64,000 nucleotides of DNA from Planctomycetota bacterium. GTDB taxonomy: Bacteria > Planctomycetota > SZUA-567 > H5-PLA8. Within the stretch, counting starts at the first letter, position 1, and each line of letters opens with the position of its first letter. Positions 48,674 through 56,981 of the stretch are shown in pieces. The stretch spans positions 1 to 64,000 of the forward strand of contig JBBRPR010000044.1 in the NCBI GenBank assembly GCA_038227875.1, given 5' to 3'. The position numbers and the translations under genes are program-made. The notes under the pieces are model-generated. The model did not search any database. It was not told where the DNA came from and saw only the letters and a list, made by a program, of their open reading frames with translations.

Positions 48674-49750
48674 ATGAAGACCGAAGACCACCGCCTGCTC
48701 TATCTTCGCGTCAAAGACACGCTGCTGGAGCAGATCCACAGCGGCGTGCTGCGCGAAAACGCGCTCGTTCCGGCCAAGGAAGAGCTCGCGAAGTCGCTGG
48801 GCGTCAGCGACATGACCGTGCGCCGCGCGTTGATCGAACTCACCGACGAGGGTTGGCTCAAGCGCGTCCCCGGCCACGGCACGTTTGTGCGCGCGCGCAA
48901 ACCCAAGCCGGCGCGCAAGGAGAACCTCTGCCTGGCCGTCGTTTCCAACACGGATCTCTCCGGCATCCGCGGAAGTTTATTTTACGTGCGGCTGTTGCAG
49001 AGCATGCATCAGGCCGCCGACACCAGCGGCGCGTTTCTGGCGATCAAGAAAGCGACCGCGCCGTACACCGATTTTGCCGCGGCGCTTAAAGCGCAGCACA
49101 TCTCCGGCATTGTCCTGATGGGCGGCGTCGACGACATGGCGATCACGACGCTGCGGGCCGCGCGCATTCCCGCGGTGCTGCTCGACAACGCGCCCCTCAT
49201 CGGCGAACCACTGGACGAGGTCAACCATGCCGGCGAACCCGTCGCCTTCGAAGCCGTCAGCGAATTGATTCAACTGGGCCACCAACGCATCGCGATCATG
49301 GTCACGCGCGCCACGTCGTACTTTTTCAAGCAGCGGCTCGATGGCTACCGGCGCGCGCTGAATCATGCGAACATCACGCCGGATCCAAAATGGGTGATCG
49401 AAGCGGAGCCCACCAGCCAGGCGGCGTACACCGCCGCGCTCCGCTTGCTGCGCGACGACAAGAGCATCACGGCGCTATTCTGTGCCTCCGATGAACTGGC
49501 GCTCGGCGCGATGGCCGCGGCGCGGGACAGCGGTCTAAAAATTCCAGCAGACTTCAGCGTCGCCGGATTTGGCGACATCGGCCTGTTCTCCGCGCCGGCG
49601 CTCTCATCCGTGCGCGTGCCGCTGGAGCAGATGGGCCGGCTGGCGGTCGAAACGCTGCTGCGGCGCATTCAAGACCCGTCTTTGCCGCCGCAACAGACGA
49701 TTTTAGGCTGCGAATGGATCGCACGCGGGTCGACGGGATTGCGGCGGTAA
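48674..49750 (+). CDS. GntR-family regulator with a LacI-type sugar-binding domain (AraR-like)
   Basis: wHTH (ELA..LGVS.MTVRRAL..G.GTFV) and LacI core (G H.RIA, R..GY, SDELALG, P.D.SV.GF). Confidence 0.92.
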   Translation: MKTEDHRLLYLRVKDTLLEQIHSGVLRENALVPAKEELAKSLGVSDMTVRRALIELTDEGWLKRVPGHGTFVRARKPKPARKENLCLAVVSNTDLSGIRGSLFYVRLLQSMHQAADTSGAFLAIKKATAPYTDFAAALKAQHISGIVLMGGVDDMAITTLRAARIPAVLLDNAPLIGEPLDEVNHAGEPVAFEAVSELIQLGHQRIAIMVTRATSYFFKQRLDGYRRALNHANITPDPKWVIEAEPTSQAAYTAALRLLRDDKSITALFCASDELALGAMAAARDSGLKIPADFSVAGFGDIGLFSAPALSSVRVPLEQMGRLAVETLLRRIQDPSLPPQQTILGCEWIARGSTGLRR

Positions 49751-49775
49751 CCCTGTGGCAAATTTGTCACAGGAT
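49750..49775. repeat. 26-bp palindrome of the ACC...GGT family
   Basis: ACCCTGTGGCAAATTTGTCACAGGAT. Confidence 0.7.
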
Positions 49776-49795
49776 TCATTTATGGGAGTAAAACG

Positions 49796-50878
49796 ATGAG
49801 CACCAAATCAAGCAAGGCTTTGCGCGTTCTCGTAGCCGGCTGCGGCCGCATGGGCGGCTCGCACGCCAAGGTATATCACGCACATCCGGAATTCTCCGTC
49901 GCCGGCCTGGTCAGCCGCAACGAGAGCAAGGATGCGCTCAACCGCGAACTCGGCGGCGGCATCCCGGTCTTCTCCGACTACCGCAAAGCACTGGAGACCA
50001 CGAAGCCCGACGTCGTCAGCATCAACACCTATCCGGACACGCACGAAGACTACGCGGTGCGTGCGTTTGAATCCGGCGCGCACGTCTTCCTGGAAAAACC
50101 GATCGCCTCAACGGTCGCCGGCGGACGGCGCGTGATCGAAGCCGCTCAACGCGCGCGCAAGAAAATGGTCGTCGGCTACGTACTGCGCCACCACCCGACG
50201 TGGACGAAATTCGTCGAAATCGCGCAGGGGCTCGGCAAGCCTCTGGTAATGCGCATGAACCTCAACCAGCAGAGCCGCGCTGAAACCTGGACGGTCGCGA
50301 AAAACCTGATGCTCACGTCGTCGCCGATCGTCGACTGCGGCGTCCACTACGTCGATGTGATGTGCCAGATGACCGGCTCGCTGCCAATTCGAGTCTCGGC
50401 CATCGGCGCGCGGCTAAGCGACGAAATCGCCAAGGACATGTACAACTACGGCCAGCTGCAGGTCGTCTTCAAAGACGGTTCGGTCGGCTGGTACGAAGCC
50501 GGTTGGGGTCCGATGGTCAGCGAGACGGCGTACTTCGTGAAAGATGTTTTCGGACCCAAAGGCAGCGTCAGCATCACCGCGCAAACCCACAGCGACGCAC
50601 GCTCCGACCGCTTCGACGCTCACGCCCGCACCGATTGCCTGAAAGTCCATCACGCGCAACTCGATGCAAAGGGCGAGTTTGTCAAGAAGGACGAACTGCT
50701 CGACATGAGCGACGAGCCCGACCACGCCGAAATGTGCCTGCGGGAACAGCAGTACCTCTTGAAAGCGATCCGCGAAGACATCGACCTGACGCAGCACATG
50801 ACCGACGCGCTGACCAGCCTGCGCATTGTGCTCGCCGCCGACGAATCGGTGCGCTCGGGGAAGACGGTGGAACTATAG
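49796..50878 (+). CDS. Gfo/Idh/MocA family oxidoreductase
   Basis: VAGCGRMG.SH, HVFLEKP, SPIVDCGVHYVD, WYEAGWGP. Confidence 0.93.
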   Translation: MSTKSSKALRVLVAGCGRMGGSHAKVYHAHPEFSVAGLVSRNESKDALNRELGGGIPVFSDYRKALETTKPDVVSINTYPDTHEDYAVRAFESGAHVFLEKPIASTVAGGRRVIEAAQRARKKMVVGYVLRHHPTWTKFVEIAQGLGKPLVMRMNLNQQSRAETWTVAKNLMLTSSPIVDCGVHYVDVMCQMTGSLPIRVSAIGARLSDEIAKDMYNYGQLQVVFKDGSVGWYEAGWGPMVSETAYFVKDVFGPKGSVSITAQTHSDARSDRFDAHARTDCLKVHHAQLDAKGEFVKKDELLDMSDEPDHAEMCLREQQYLLKAIREDIDLTQHMTDALTSLRIVLAADESVRSGKTVEL

Positions 50879-50882
50879 CGCT

Positions 50883-50912
50883 AGACCTTTGTGCCTTTGG
50901 GCACAAAGGTCT
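50883..50912. repeat. 26-bp palindrome of the ACC...GGT family
   Basis: AG-ACCTTTGTGCCTTTGGGCACAAAGGT-CT. Confidence 0.75.
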
Positions 50913-51060
50913 GTCCCAATCCGCACAATTTCTGAAACCCCTTGCTCGAAAACCTTCTCCCTGAGTAGCATGAGATGCTGCCCAGCCCGTTGATAACCTT
51001 TGGGCGGAGAAACGCTGCGGAATTGTGTTTTTCAACGGGCTGCCGAGGAGATTTCCTTCC

Positions 51061-52293
51061 ATGCCATTCAAATCGCTGCTCGTGCCCCTGTTTCTTTCCC
51101 TGTTCCTATTGGCACACGCGGAGGACGCCGTGACGATCGCCGAACAGACGACACTGGCCAACGACACCAACGCGTTCGCGTTGAGCCTGTATGCAACGGT
51201 GAAGAAGGACGAGAAGGCCAATCTCTTTCTCTCGCCGTACAGCGTCTCGGCGGCGCTGGCCATGACCTACGCCGGCGCGCGCGAAAACACCGCCACGCAG
51301 ATGGAGCAGGCGCTCCATTTTACGCTCGGTCAGAAGCGGCTGCACCCCGTCGCTGGCGCGTTGTATCTCGACTTGAACGCCGCGGAGAAGAACGGCAAGA
51401 AGCGCGGTTTTCAGCTCAGCGTCGCCAACCGGCTCTTTGCGCAGAAGAACTACAAGCTGCGTGCCGATTTCATGGAGCTGACGCAACACGCGTACGGCGC
51501 GGGCGTCGAGGAGCTGGACATTACCGCCGATGCCGAGGCCGCTCGGCAGTACATCAATACGTGGGTCGAAAAGAAGACCAACACGCGCATCAAGGATCTG
51601 ATCCCGCCCAAAGGCGTCCGGGGTTCGGTGCTGGTGCTGGTCAATGCGATCTACTTCAAGGGCGATTGGTCGCATCCGTTTGAAAAGGCCGCGACGGTCA
51701 ACGCGCCATTTCACGCTGCCGACGGAGACGTCGACGTACCGTTGATGAACCAGACCGGCGAGTTCGGGTATTTTGAAACGGATGGTGTTCAGGGATTGGA
51801 GCTTCCCTATTCCGGCGACGAATTGTCGATGGTCGTGCTGCTTCCCAAGAAGGCCGGCGCGTTGGCGCAGTTGGAAGACGCTCTGACGCCGGCCGGTCTG
51901 CAAACCATGCTCACAGCGCTTGCGCCTCAGGAGGTACAGGTCGGGCTGCCCAAGTTCAAAATCAAATGGGGCACAGTGAATCTCGCGGACGCGATGCAGA
52001 AGCTCGGCATGACCGACGCGTTTCAGGCGAATGCGAACTTCTCCGGCATCACTGACTCGCCGGATGGCATGTTCATCGGCGCGATCTTTCACCAGGCCTT
52101 CGTCGACGTCAACGAAGAAGGAACCGAAGCCGCGGCCGCCACGGCGGTGGTGATGAAACCCGGCGGCGCGCCACCGGCACGCAAAGAACCGAAAGTCTTC
52201 CGCGCGGACCGGCCGTTCCTCTTCCTGATCCGCGAAAGGGCGACCGGGACGATTCTGTTCATGGGGCGGGTGCTTAATCCCAAAGGGGAATGA
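51061..52293 (+). CDS. Secreted serpin (serine protease inhibitor)
   Basis: N.FLSPYS...LAM.Y.GA, NAIYFKG.W, hinge EEGTEAAAATAV, FRADRPFLF.I, LFMGRV.NP. Confidence 0.97.
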   Translation: MPFKSLLVPLFLSLFLLAHAEDAVTIAEQTTLANDTNAFALSLYATVKKDEKANLFLSPYSVSAALAMTYAGARENTATQMEQALHFTLGQKRLHPVAGALYLDLNAAEKNGKKRGFQLSVANRLFAQKNYKLRADFMELTQHAYGAGVEELDITADAEAARQYINTWVEKKTNTRIKDLIPPKGVRGSVLVLVNAIYFKGDWSHPFEKAATVNAPFHAADGDVDVPLMNQTGEFGYFETDGVQGLELPYSGDELSMVVLLPKKAGALAQLEDALTPAGLQTMLTALAPQEVQVGLPKFKIKWGTVNLADAMQKLGMTDAFQANANFSGITDSPDGMFIGAIFHQAFVDVNEEGTEAAAATAVVMKPGGAPPARKEPKVFRADRPFLFLIRERATGTILFMGRVLNPKGE

Positions 52294-52868
52294 ACATGGC
52301 GTGGGATGAATTCACACGCGATGGCGTGAAGGGCTATACCGGCGACGCGCCAATCGATGCGTTCGCCGTGGCGCTGGCGGATATCGCGGCGAGCTACGAA
52401 GACCAGTTCAAGCGCAAACCCACCGTCGTGGAACTGCTGCGCGCGCTAACCACCGTGCTTCGTGCGTCGCCGGAGCGCTTCGTATCCGATCCGGCGGGCG
52501 TGGATTTCGACAGCCTCTCCGTGAAGCGCGATGCGGCCGCACGCCAGCAGGTCGTGCTCGACTTTTCCCAATGGGAAGCGGGATATTCCGACCGCGAGAA
52601 TCCCGGCTATTACGTGGTCTGGAAGAAGAAGAATCCCGATCTTGACCTCTTGCGCATTGAGGATTTCGGAAAGCCGGCAGAGACGTTGAAATGCGATTTT
52701 ACCGTGTTGACCACGGAACCGGATCTTACGGACGAAGTCGCTCAGGCACTAATTATTCAAACCGTGTTGAGGACGTTTACGCAAAACTATTATTCAAAGG
52801 CATGCACAACGCTGGTGTTCACGAATCGTAAAACGGGACGATCGTGGACCGTTGCCTTCGCCGGTTGA
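52290..52868 (+). CDS. Hypothetical protein
   Basis: Coupled to the serpin stop; host-like codon pattern; no motif recognised. Confidence 0.65.
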   Translation: MNMAWDEFTRDGVKGYTGDAPIDAFAVALADIAASYEDQFKRKPTVVELLRALTTVLRASPERFVSDPAGVDFDSLSVKRDAAARQQVVLDFSQWEAGYSDRENPGYYVVWKKKNPDLDLLRIEDFGKPAETLKCDFTVLTTEPDLTDEVAQALIIQTVLRTFTQNYYSKACTTLVFTNRKTGRSWTVAFAG

Positions 52869-52875
52869 AATTCAG

Positions 52876-53091
52876 TTAGTGTTTCTGCGATTTCCGGTCG
52901 ATTTCGTCGCGATCGGCATCGATCTTCTTCAAGGCCTTGCCAAACATCGCCAGCGCGGAAAGGAAAAAGACCGCGCCGAAAAGCGCGAAGACATTCGCGG
53001 CGGTTTCGTGCGGGTGTTCGGCCAGTGCGTTGACGAAAAAAAGCATAAAACAAACGCCGGCACCCACGAGCAAGAGCAGTCCCCACTTCAT
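52876..53091 (-). CDS. Small two-TM membrane protein
   Basis: Two hydrophobic helices and a charged tail. Confidence 0.55.
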   Translation of the reverse strand: MKWGLLLLVGAGVCFMLFFVNALAEHPHETAANVFALFGAVFFLSALAMFGKALKKIDADRDEIDRKSQKH

Positions 53092-53252
53092 CGCAAACCT
53101 CAATTTCAATCCCAGTTATTTTCAAAGCATATCCGCCTTTGCGTTCGGAAAAATGGATTATCGACGCCGCGTCACTTCCAGTTTGGTCAATACTTTGCAA
53201 TTCCCATTTTCGTCCGCATCCCGCTCGGGATGCATTTATTCAGGAGGCGATC

Positions 53253-53654
53253 ATGACACGGTTCATACCCACATTAGTGCTGCTCGCCGCGGTTGCGGGA
53301 CTCTCGTCCTCGCGCGCGCATGCCAGCGACGTCAACGTTTCACTCGGGTTCGGTCATAACCACGGATACTACTATCCGTACAGCACCGTCTACGAGTACG
53401 ACCCGTACGTCACGTACTATGACGACTCGGGCGTCTATCCGTACGCGTACGATACGTACGGCTACTACCGGCCGTCGTACAACTGGAACACCAGCGTGAA
53501 CTGGTACTCCGACTGGCACGGCAGCCACAACTACGATCATTCGTACTGGCGCGGCCGCGACACCGGCTACCGCTATGGCCGTTCTAATGCGGTCAACACC
53601 GGCACGCGCAGTTCCGCATCGTTCCACAGTGGTGGTGGCAGGGGCCATCGCTAA
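53253..53654 (+). CDS. Secreted Tyr/Gly/Ser-rich low-complexity protein
   Basis: AGGAGG RBS, signal peptide ending AHA, very Tyr-rich core, GGGRGHR tail. Confidence 0.8.
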   Translation: MTRFIPTLVLLAAVAGLSSSRAHASDVNVSLGFGHNHGYYYPYSTVYEYDPYVTYYDDSGVYPYAYDTYGYYRPSYNWNTSVNWYSDWHGSHNYDHSYWRGRDTGYRYGRSNAVNTGTRSSASFHSGGGRGHR

Positions 53655-53691
53655 ATCATTTAACCATGCGAATTGAAAAGGAGTCGCAGCT

Positions 53692-54306
53692 ATGAATATG
53701 AAATTACCGATGCTCGCCGCAATGCTGAGCCTCAGTGGAATGGCGATGGCGTGCGAGTACGACAATCAGCCCGTGCGGACGAGCTACGCGCCGGAAGTGC
53801 GGGACCAGCAGGTCCAGCGCGACGACCGGGACATGCGCGACCAGCGCGATCCACGCCCCGAGAACGTTGCCGACAATCAGGGTCAGCCGCCGTCGGAACA
53901 GGCGCTGGAGCCCAACGAAAACGGCGAGATGCATGAACGCCTCGGCATTCGCCAGCGCATGGTCGCCGGAAAAATTTCCGACACCAAGGAACTCTCGATT
54001 GAAGGCCAGAAGGAAGATCACGTGCTGGCGAAGATCGAAACGATGCACGGCAACACGGTGGTCGTGGACCTGGGACCCCGCAAGACGATGCCCAACGTTT
54101 CGCTCAACAACGGCGCGGAGCTGGCGGTGTTCGGCACGGTCGGCCGCTTGAACGGCTTCCCGCTGATCATCGCTGAAAAGGCGGCTGAGATCCACGAGAT
54201 CCCGGGACGCCAGGAAGAAGTGAAGGCCCAGGCGGAAAACCAGCCGGGTGGTCCGGCCCCGATTCCCGCCAAGAGCGTCGATCCCAAACCGAACGACGCT
54301 CGTTAA
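53692..54306 (+). CDS. Secreted OB-fold-like protein
   Basis: AAGGAG RBS, signal peptide, V.GKI...H...IE...VVVDLGP...L.VFG...IA. Confidence 0.7.
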   Translation: MNMKLPMLAAMLSLSGMAMACEYDNQPVRTSYAPEVRDQQVQRDDRDMRDQRDPRPENVADNQGQPPSEQALEPNENGEMHERLGIRQRMVAGKISDTKELSIEGQKEDHVLAKIETMHGNTVVVDLGPRKTMPNVSLNNGAELAVFGTVGRLNGFPLIIAEKAAEIHEIPGRQEEVKAQAENQPGGPAPIPAKSVDPKPNDAR

Positions 54307-54330
54307 TGCAACACGGACGTCACGGAAAGG

Positions 54331-54365
54331 AAGCGCGCCTCGAGATTCGAGGCGCGTCTTATTTT
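54331..54365. terminator. Hairpin terminator between convergent genes
   Basis: CGCGCCTCGA-GAT-TCGAGGCGCG followed by a T-rich tract. Confidence 0.7.
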
Positions 54366-54368
54366 GAA

Positions 54369-55751
54369 TTACTTCGACGATCCGTCGCTGAGATTCTCAA
54401 GCGAGAACGATCGCGCGGTCGACGCTTCCGTCAGGACAAGGCCCGCAGCGCCGACACGTTCGCGACAGAACGCCAGCAGGCTGAGCAGGCCTTCGCGATC
54501 GGAATGAAACGTGCGGCCGTGGCCCGGATGGCAGCATGGATACGGCGTCGCAGCATCGAGACACACGCCGTCCCACGGCTGCGCGGTGAGCAACGCGTCG
54601 ATCTCGCGTTTCAAAAAGTCGAGCCACCCGCTCTGCAGGCACATCAGTCCGCCGCTGACCTCATTGCCGCGCCACGACTTGATGATGCCCAGCGACGGCG
54701 CGGCGGAGTGCATCCATTCACTGCCGTGCTGCGCGAATTCCGGCGCGGCGGGATGCAGTTCGTGCGCCGAAATCTTCGCCACGATTTTCAAGCCCTGAGC
54801 GTGCGCTGCGTCGACAACCCGGCTCAATTTCGCGGCGTCAGCACCGTGCTCCACGGCGCAGCAGACAACTTTTGTGCCCGAGGCCGCCATCGCTTTCAGC
54901 GCCTCGTCGCCCGCATTGATTCCAATCTGCGGCGCGGTGAGGCGCGAGGCCAGCGCCGGCAGCGCCATGCCCAGCCGCATCGCGATTTTTCCCTGGATGA
55001 CGGTGGTCGCGCGGCGCTGCGCCATGCAGTAGGGCATCCAATCGATCTGCGTGCCGTCCGGAATCTCAGCGACGCGGTAGAAGCCCAGGCCCACATCGCT
55101 TTTGCAGGCGTAATCCCACGCGGCCAGGTCGGAGCCGGGAAACAGTTCCATCCCTTCGCCCGCGCGGTCCACGCACTGAATCTGCAGCGGCGTGAAGCGG
55201 GTCAGGAACGCGGTGGTGTTGGGAACGAGACTGAATTCCGCGCCCGCGCCGAGCAGATCCGCGCCGCCGGCCTGCGTCGGATGGAGCCGCACCGAACAGT
55301 GCGTCATGCCGCGCCGCAGAATTACGCTCGCGCCACACAGTTCAATCACGTCCGGGCAGCCGCAGTCGGACATGATCTCGAGCGTCGACCAGATCAGTCC
55401 GTGCGCGTGGTACTCCGTCCGTCGGCGGTAACCGACAGGAATGTTCGCGCCGCTTTCGTCGCGGAACACGCCCTCGGCAATCACCACCGTTGCGCCGCCG
55501 GCAACTTCATGCCGCAGCGTTGCCTTCGTATCGTAACTTTCGCGATAATGGCGCGTGGTGCCATCGGCATTCAAGCAGCGGATCGCGCTGGTGATCGGTC
55601 CGTTGAGCAGGTTGCCGCTCGTGCCGCGCACCAGCACGATCGCCGTGCACGCGCCGCCGTGGGGCGCATGGTGTTCGAACATCCACGTGCCCGTGTTGAC
55701 ACGGAGGCCGTTGGTGAACTCTTCGACTTTGATCGCGGAGGTCTGGGGCAT
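54369..55751 (-). CDS. Hypothetical protein with a degenerate glycoside-hydrolase-like TIM-barrel C-terminus
   Basis: VDAAH..GLKI..., MC..SGWLDFL...DGV.LD...C.HPGH; no signal peptide. Confidence 0.55.
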   Translation of the reverse strand: MPQTSAIKVEEFTNGLRVNTGTWMFEHHAPHGGACTAIVLVRGTSGNLLNGPITSAIRCLNADGTTRHYRESYDTKATLRHEVAGGATVVIAEGVFRDESGANIPVGYRRRTEYHAHGLIWSTLEIMSDCGCPDVIELCGASVILRRGMTHCSVRLHPTQAGGADLLGAGAEFSLVPNTTAFLTRFTPLQIQCVDRAGEGMELFPGSDLAAWDYACKSDVGLGFYRVAEIPDGTQIDWMPYCMAQRRATTVIQGKIAMRLGMALPALASRLTAPQIGINAGDEALKAMAASGTKVVCCAVEHGADAAKLSRVVDAAHAQGLKIVAKISAHELHPAAPEFAQHGSEWMHSAAPSLGIIKSWRGNEVSGGLMCLQSGWLDFLKREIDALLTAQPWDGVCLDAATPYPCCHPGHGRTFHSDREGLLSLLAFCRERVGAAGLVLTEASTARSFSLENLSDGSSK

Positions 55752-55808
55752 GCGGCGTAGTATGAAGTAAACATTGCGCGGACGCAAGACGCCGTCGCGG
55801 TACTACGG

Positions 55809-56774
55809 TTACTCACCGCTGGTGCCTTCGGCGGGCTGCGCGGTTTCCGTGGGATGCGGTTCGGGCGGGCGTGTTTCCATGTTCGTCATCGTGTTGCTCT
55901 TGCGCGCCTTGAACGCCATCACCATTGCCTTGGCTTCGTCCATCTGACGCAGACCTTCCAGCAGCAGCGCCATGGTATTGCCTTCGATCGTGCGCTTCTC
56001 CGACGGCTCGGTGCCTTCAAAGCGGAACGCTCCCGAGCGCAAATGGAAGAGCAGGAAGAGCGCATCAGGGCCTTCGATCTCGTTGAGTTCCGCGTGGCGC
56101 ACCGCGCCTTCGACGAAGTGAATCGTGCCGACGCGTTTGCCGTCGGTGAGCTTGAGTGTGCCGGTCACCTTCATCGGTTCGAACATGCTCAGCAGCTTGG
56201 TGACGTCGAGCGCGCCGAGTTTCCCGGAGAGAATGCCGGGCGCGTTGAGCAGCTCTTCGGCTTCGCCCTTGGGACCCGGCGCCATGCCCATCAGCGTCCC
56301 GCCCTTCAGCAGCGCCATGGTGCCGGTGCTGGTGACGGACGAATTGGCGGTGGTCGGCAGACCCGTGTGCGTTTCGCGGACGCTCTTCTGTTCCAGCAGC
56401 GCGCGAACGGCAGTCAGAAACAGCTGCGACGAACAGGGCAGCACGAGGTACCCGTCGCGGGCGATTTCCGGGCCCATCGCGTCGAGTTTCGTGACTTTGT
56501 AATCTTTGCGGATCAGGAACAGAAAGGGGATGCGGCAGAATTTATCGGCGGAGCGCACCGCGCGGAAGAGTGTCAGCGAATCGCCGCTCATCGTGGTCAG
56601 ATCCAGCACGATGCAGGCGACGGTGCCGACTTTGATGCAATCCCAGGCGTCTTTGGCGTTTTGTGCGGTCAGTGCGGTTTCGTCGGATTGGTGGAGTATC
56701 GCGGCGAGCGCACCAAGGGTGTTGTCGCTCTGACAGACCAGTAAAACACTGCGCGCATTCCCAGCCTGAGCCAT
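55809..56774 (-). CDS. Atypical receiver domain fused to DUF4388 (PATAN-like)
   Basis: IVLDL..IPFLFL receiver-like part; SG.LG.L....LL....TG.L.L...G.I.F..G...HA...G..AL...G.F.F...LLLEGLRQMDE. Confidence 0.85.
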   Translation of the reverse strand: MAQAGNARSVLLVCQSDNTLGALAAILHQSDETALTAQNAKDAWDCIKVGTVACIVLDLTTMSGDSLTLFRAVRSADKFCRIPFLFLIRKDYKVTKLDAMGPEIARDGYLVLPCSSQLFLTAVRALLEQKSVRETHTGLPTTANSSVTSTGTMALLKGGTLMGMAPGPKGEAEELLNAPGILSGKLGALDVTKLLSMFEPMKVTGTLKLTDGKRVGTIHFVEGAVRHAELNEIEGPDALFLLFHLRSGAFRFEGTEPSEKRTIEGNTMALLLEGLRQMDEAKAMVMAFKARKSNTMTNMETRPPEPHPTETAQPAEGTSGE

Positions 56775-56884
56775 AACTTTGTCATCATGGCACCGAAGCA
56801 CTTGCAATTCAACTACCGTCTACAGCGCATTTGCGCGCTATAGGGTGGAATAACGTCTGGACGCAGGAAGTTTCTGCCGATGCC

Positions 56885-56966
56885 ACCGTGGTTACAATTG
56901 TAACAGGGGTACCTCAGGCAAATTTGCCTGAAGGTCGGACCTTGTCGACCGGTGTCGACAAGGGTC
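56885..56966. repeat. Three abutting ACC...GGT palindromes
   Basis: ACCGTGGTTACAATTGTAACAGGGGT (56885-56910), ACCTCAGGCAAATTTGCCTGAAGGT (56911-56935), ACCTTGTCGACCGGTGTCGACAAGGGT (56939-56965). Confidence 0.85.
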
Positions 56967-56981
56967 AAACAATCCGGAAGT

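Noticed and set aside
54306..55760. 484-aa plus-strand ORF
   Set aside because: Arg-rich composition typical of a shadow frame; the minus-strand ORF has protein-like motifs.
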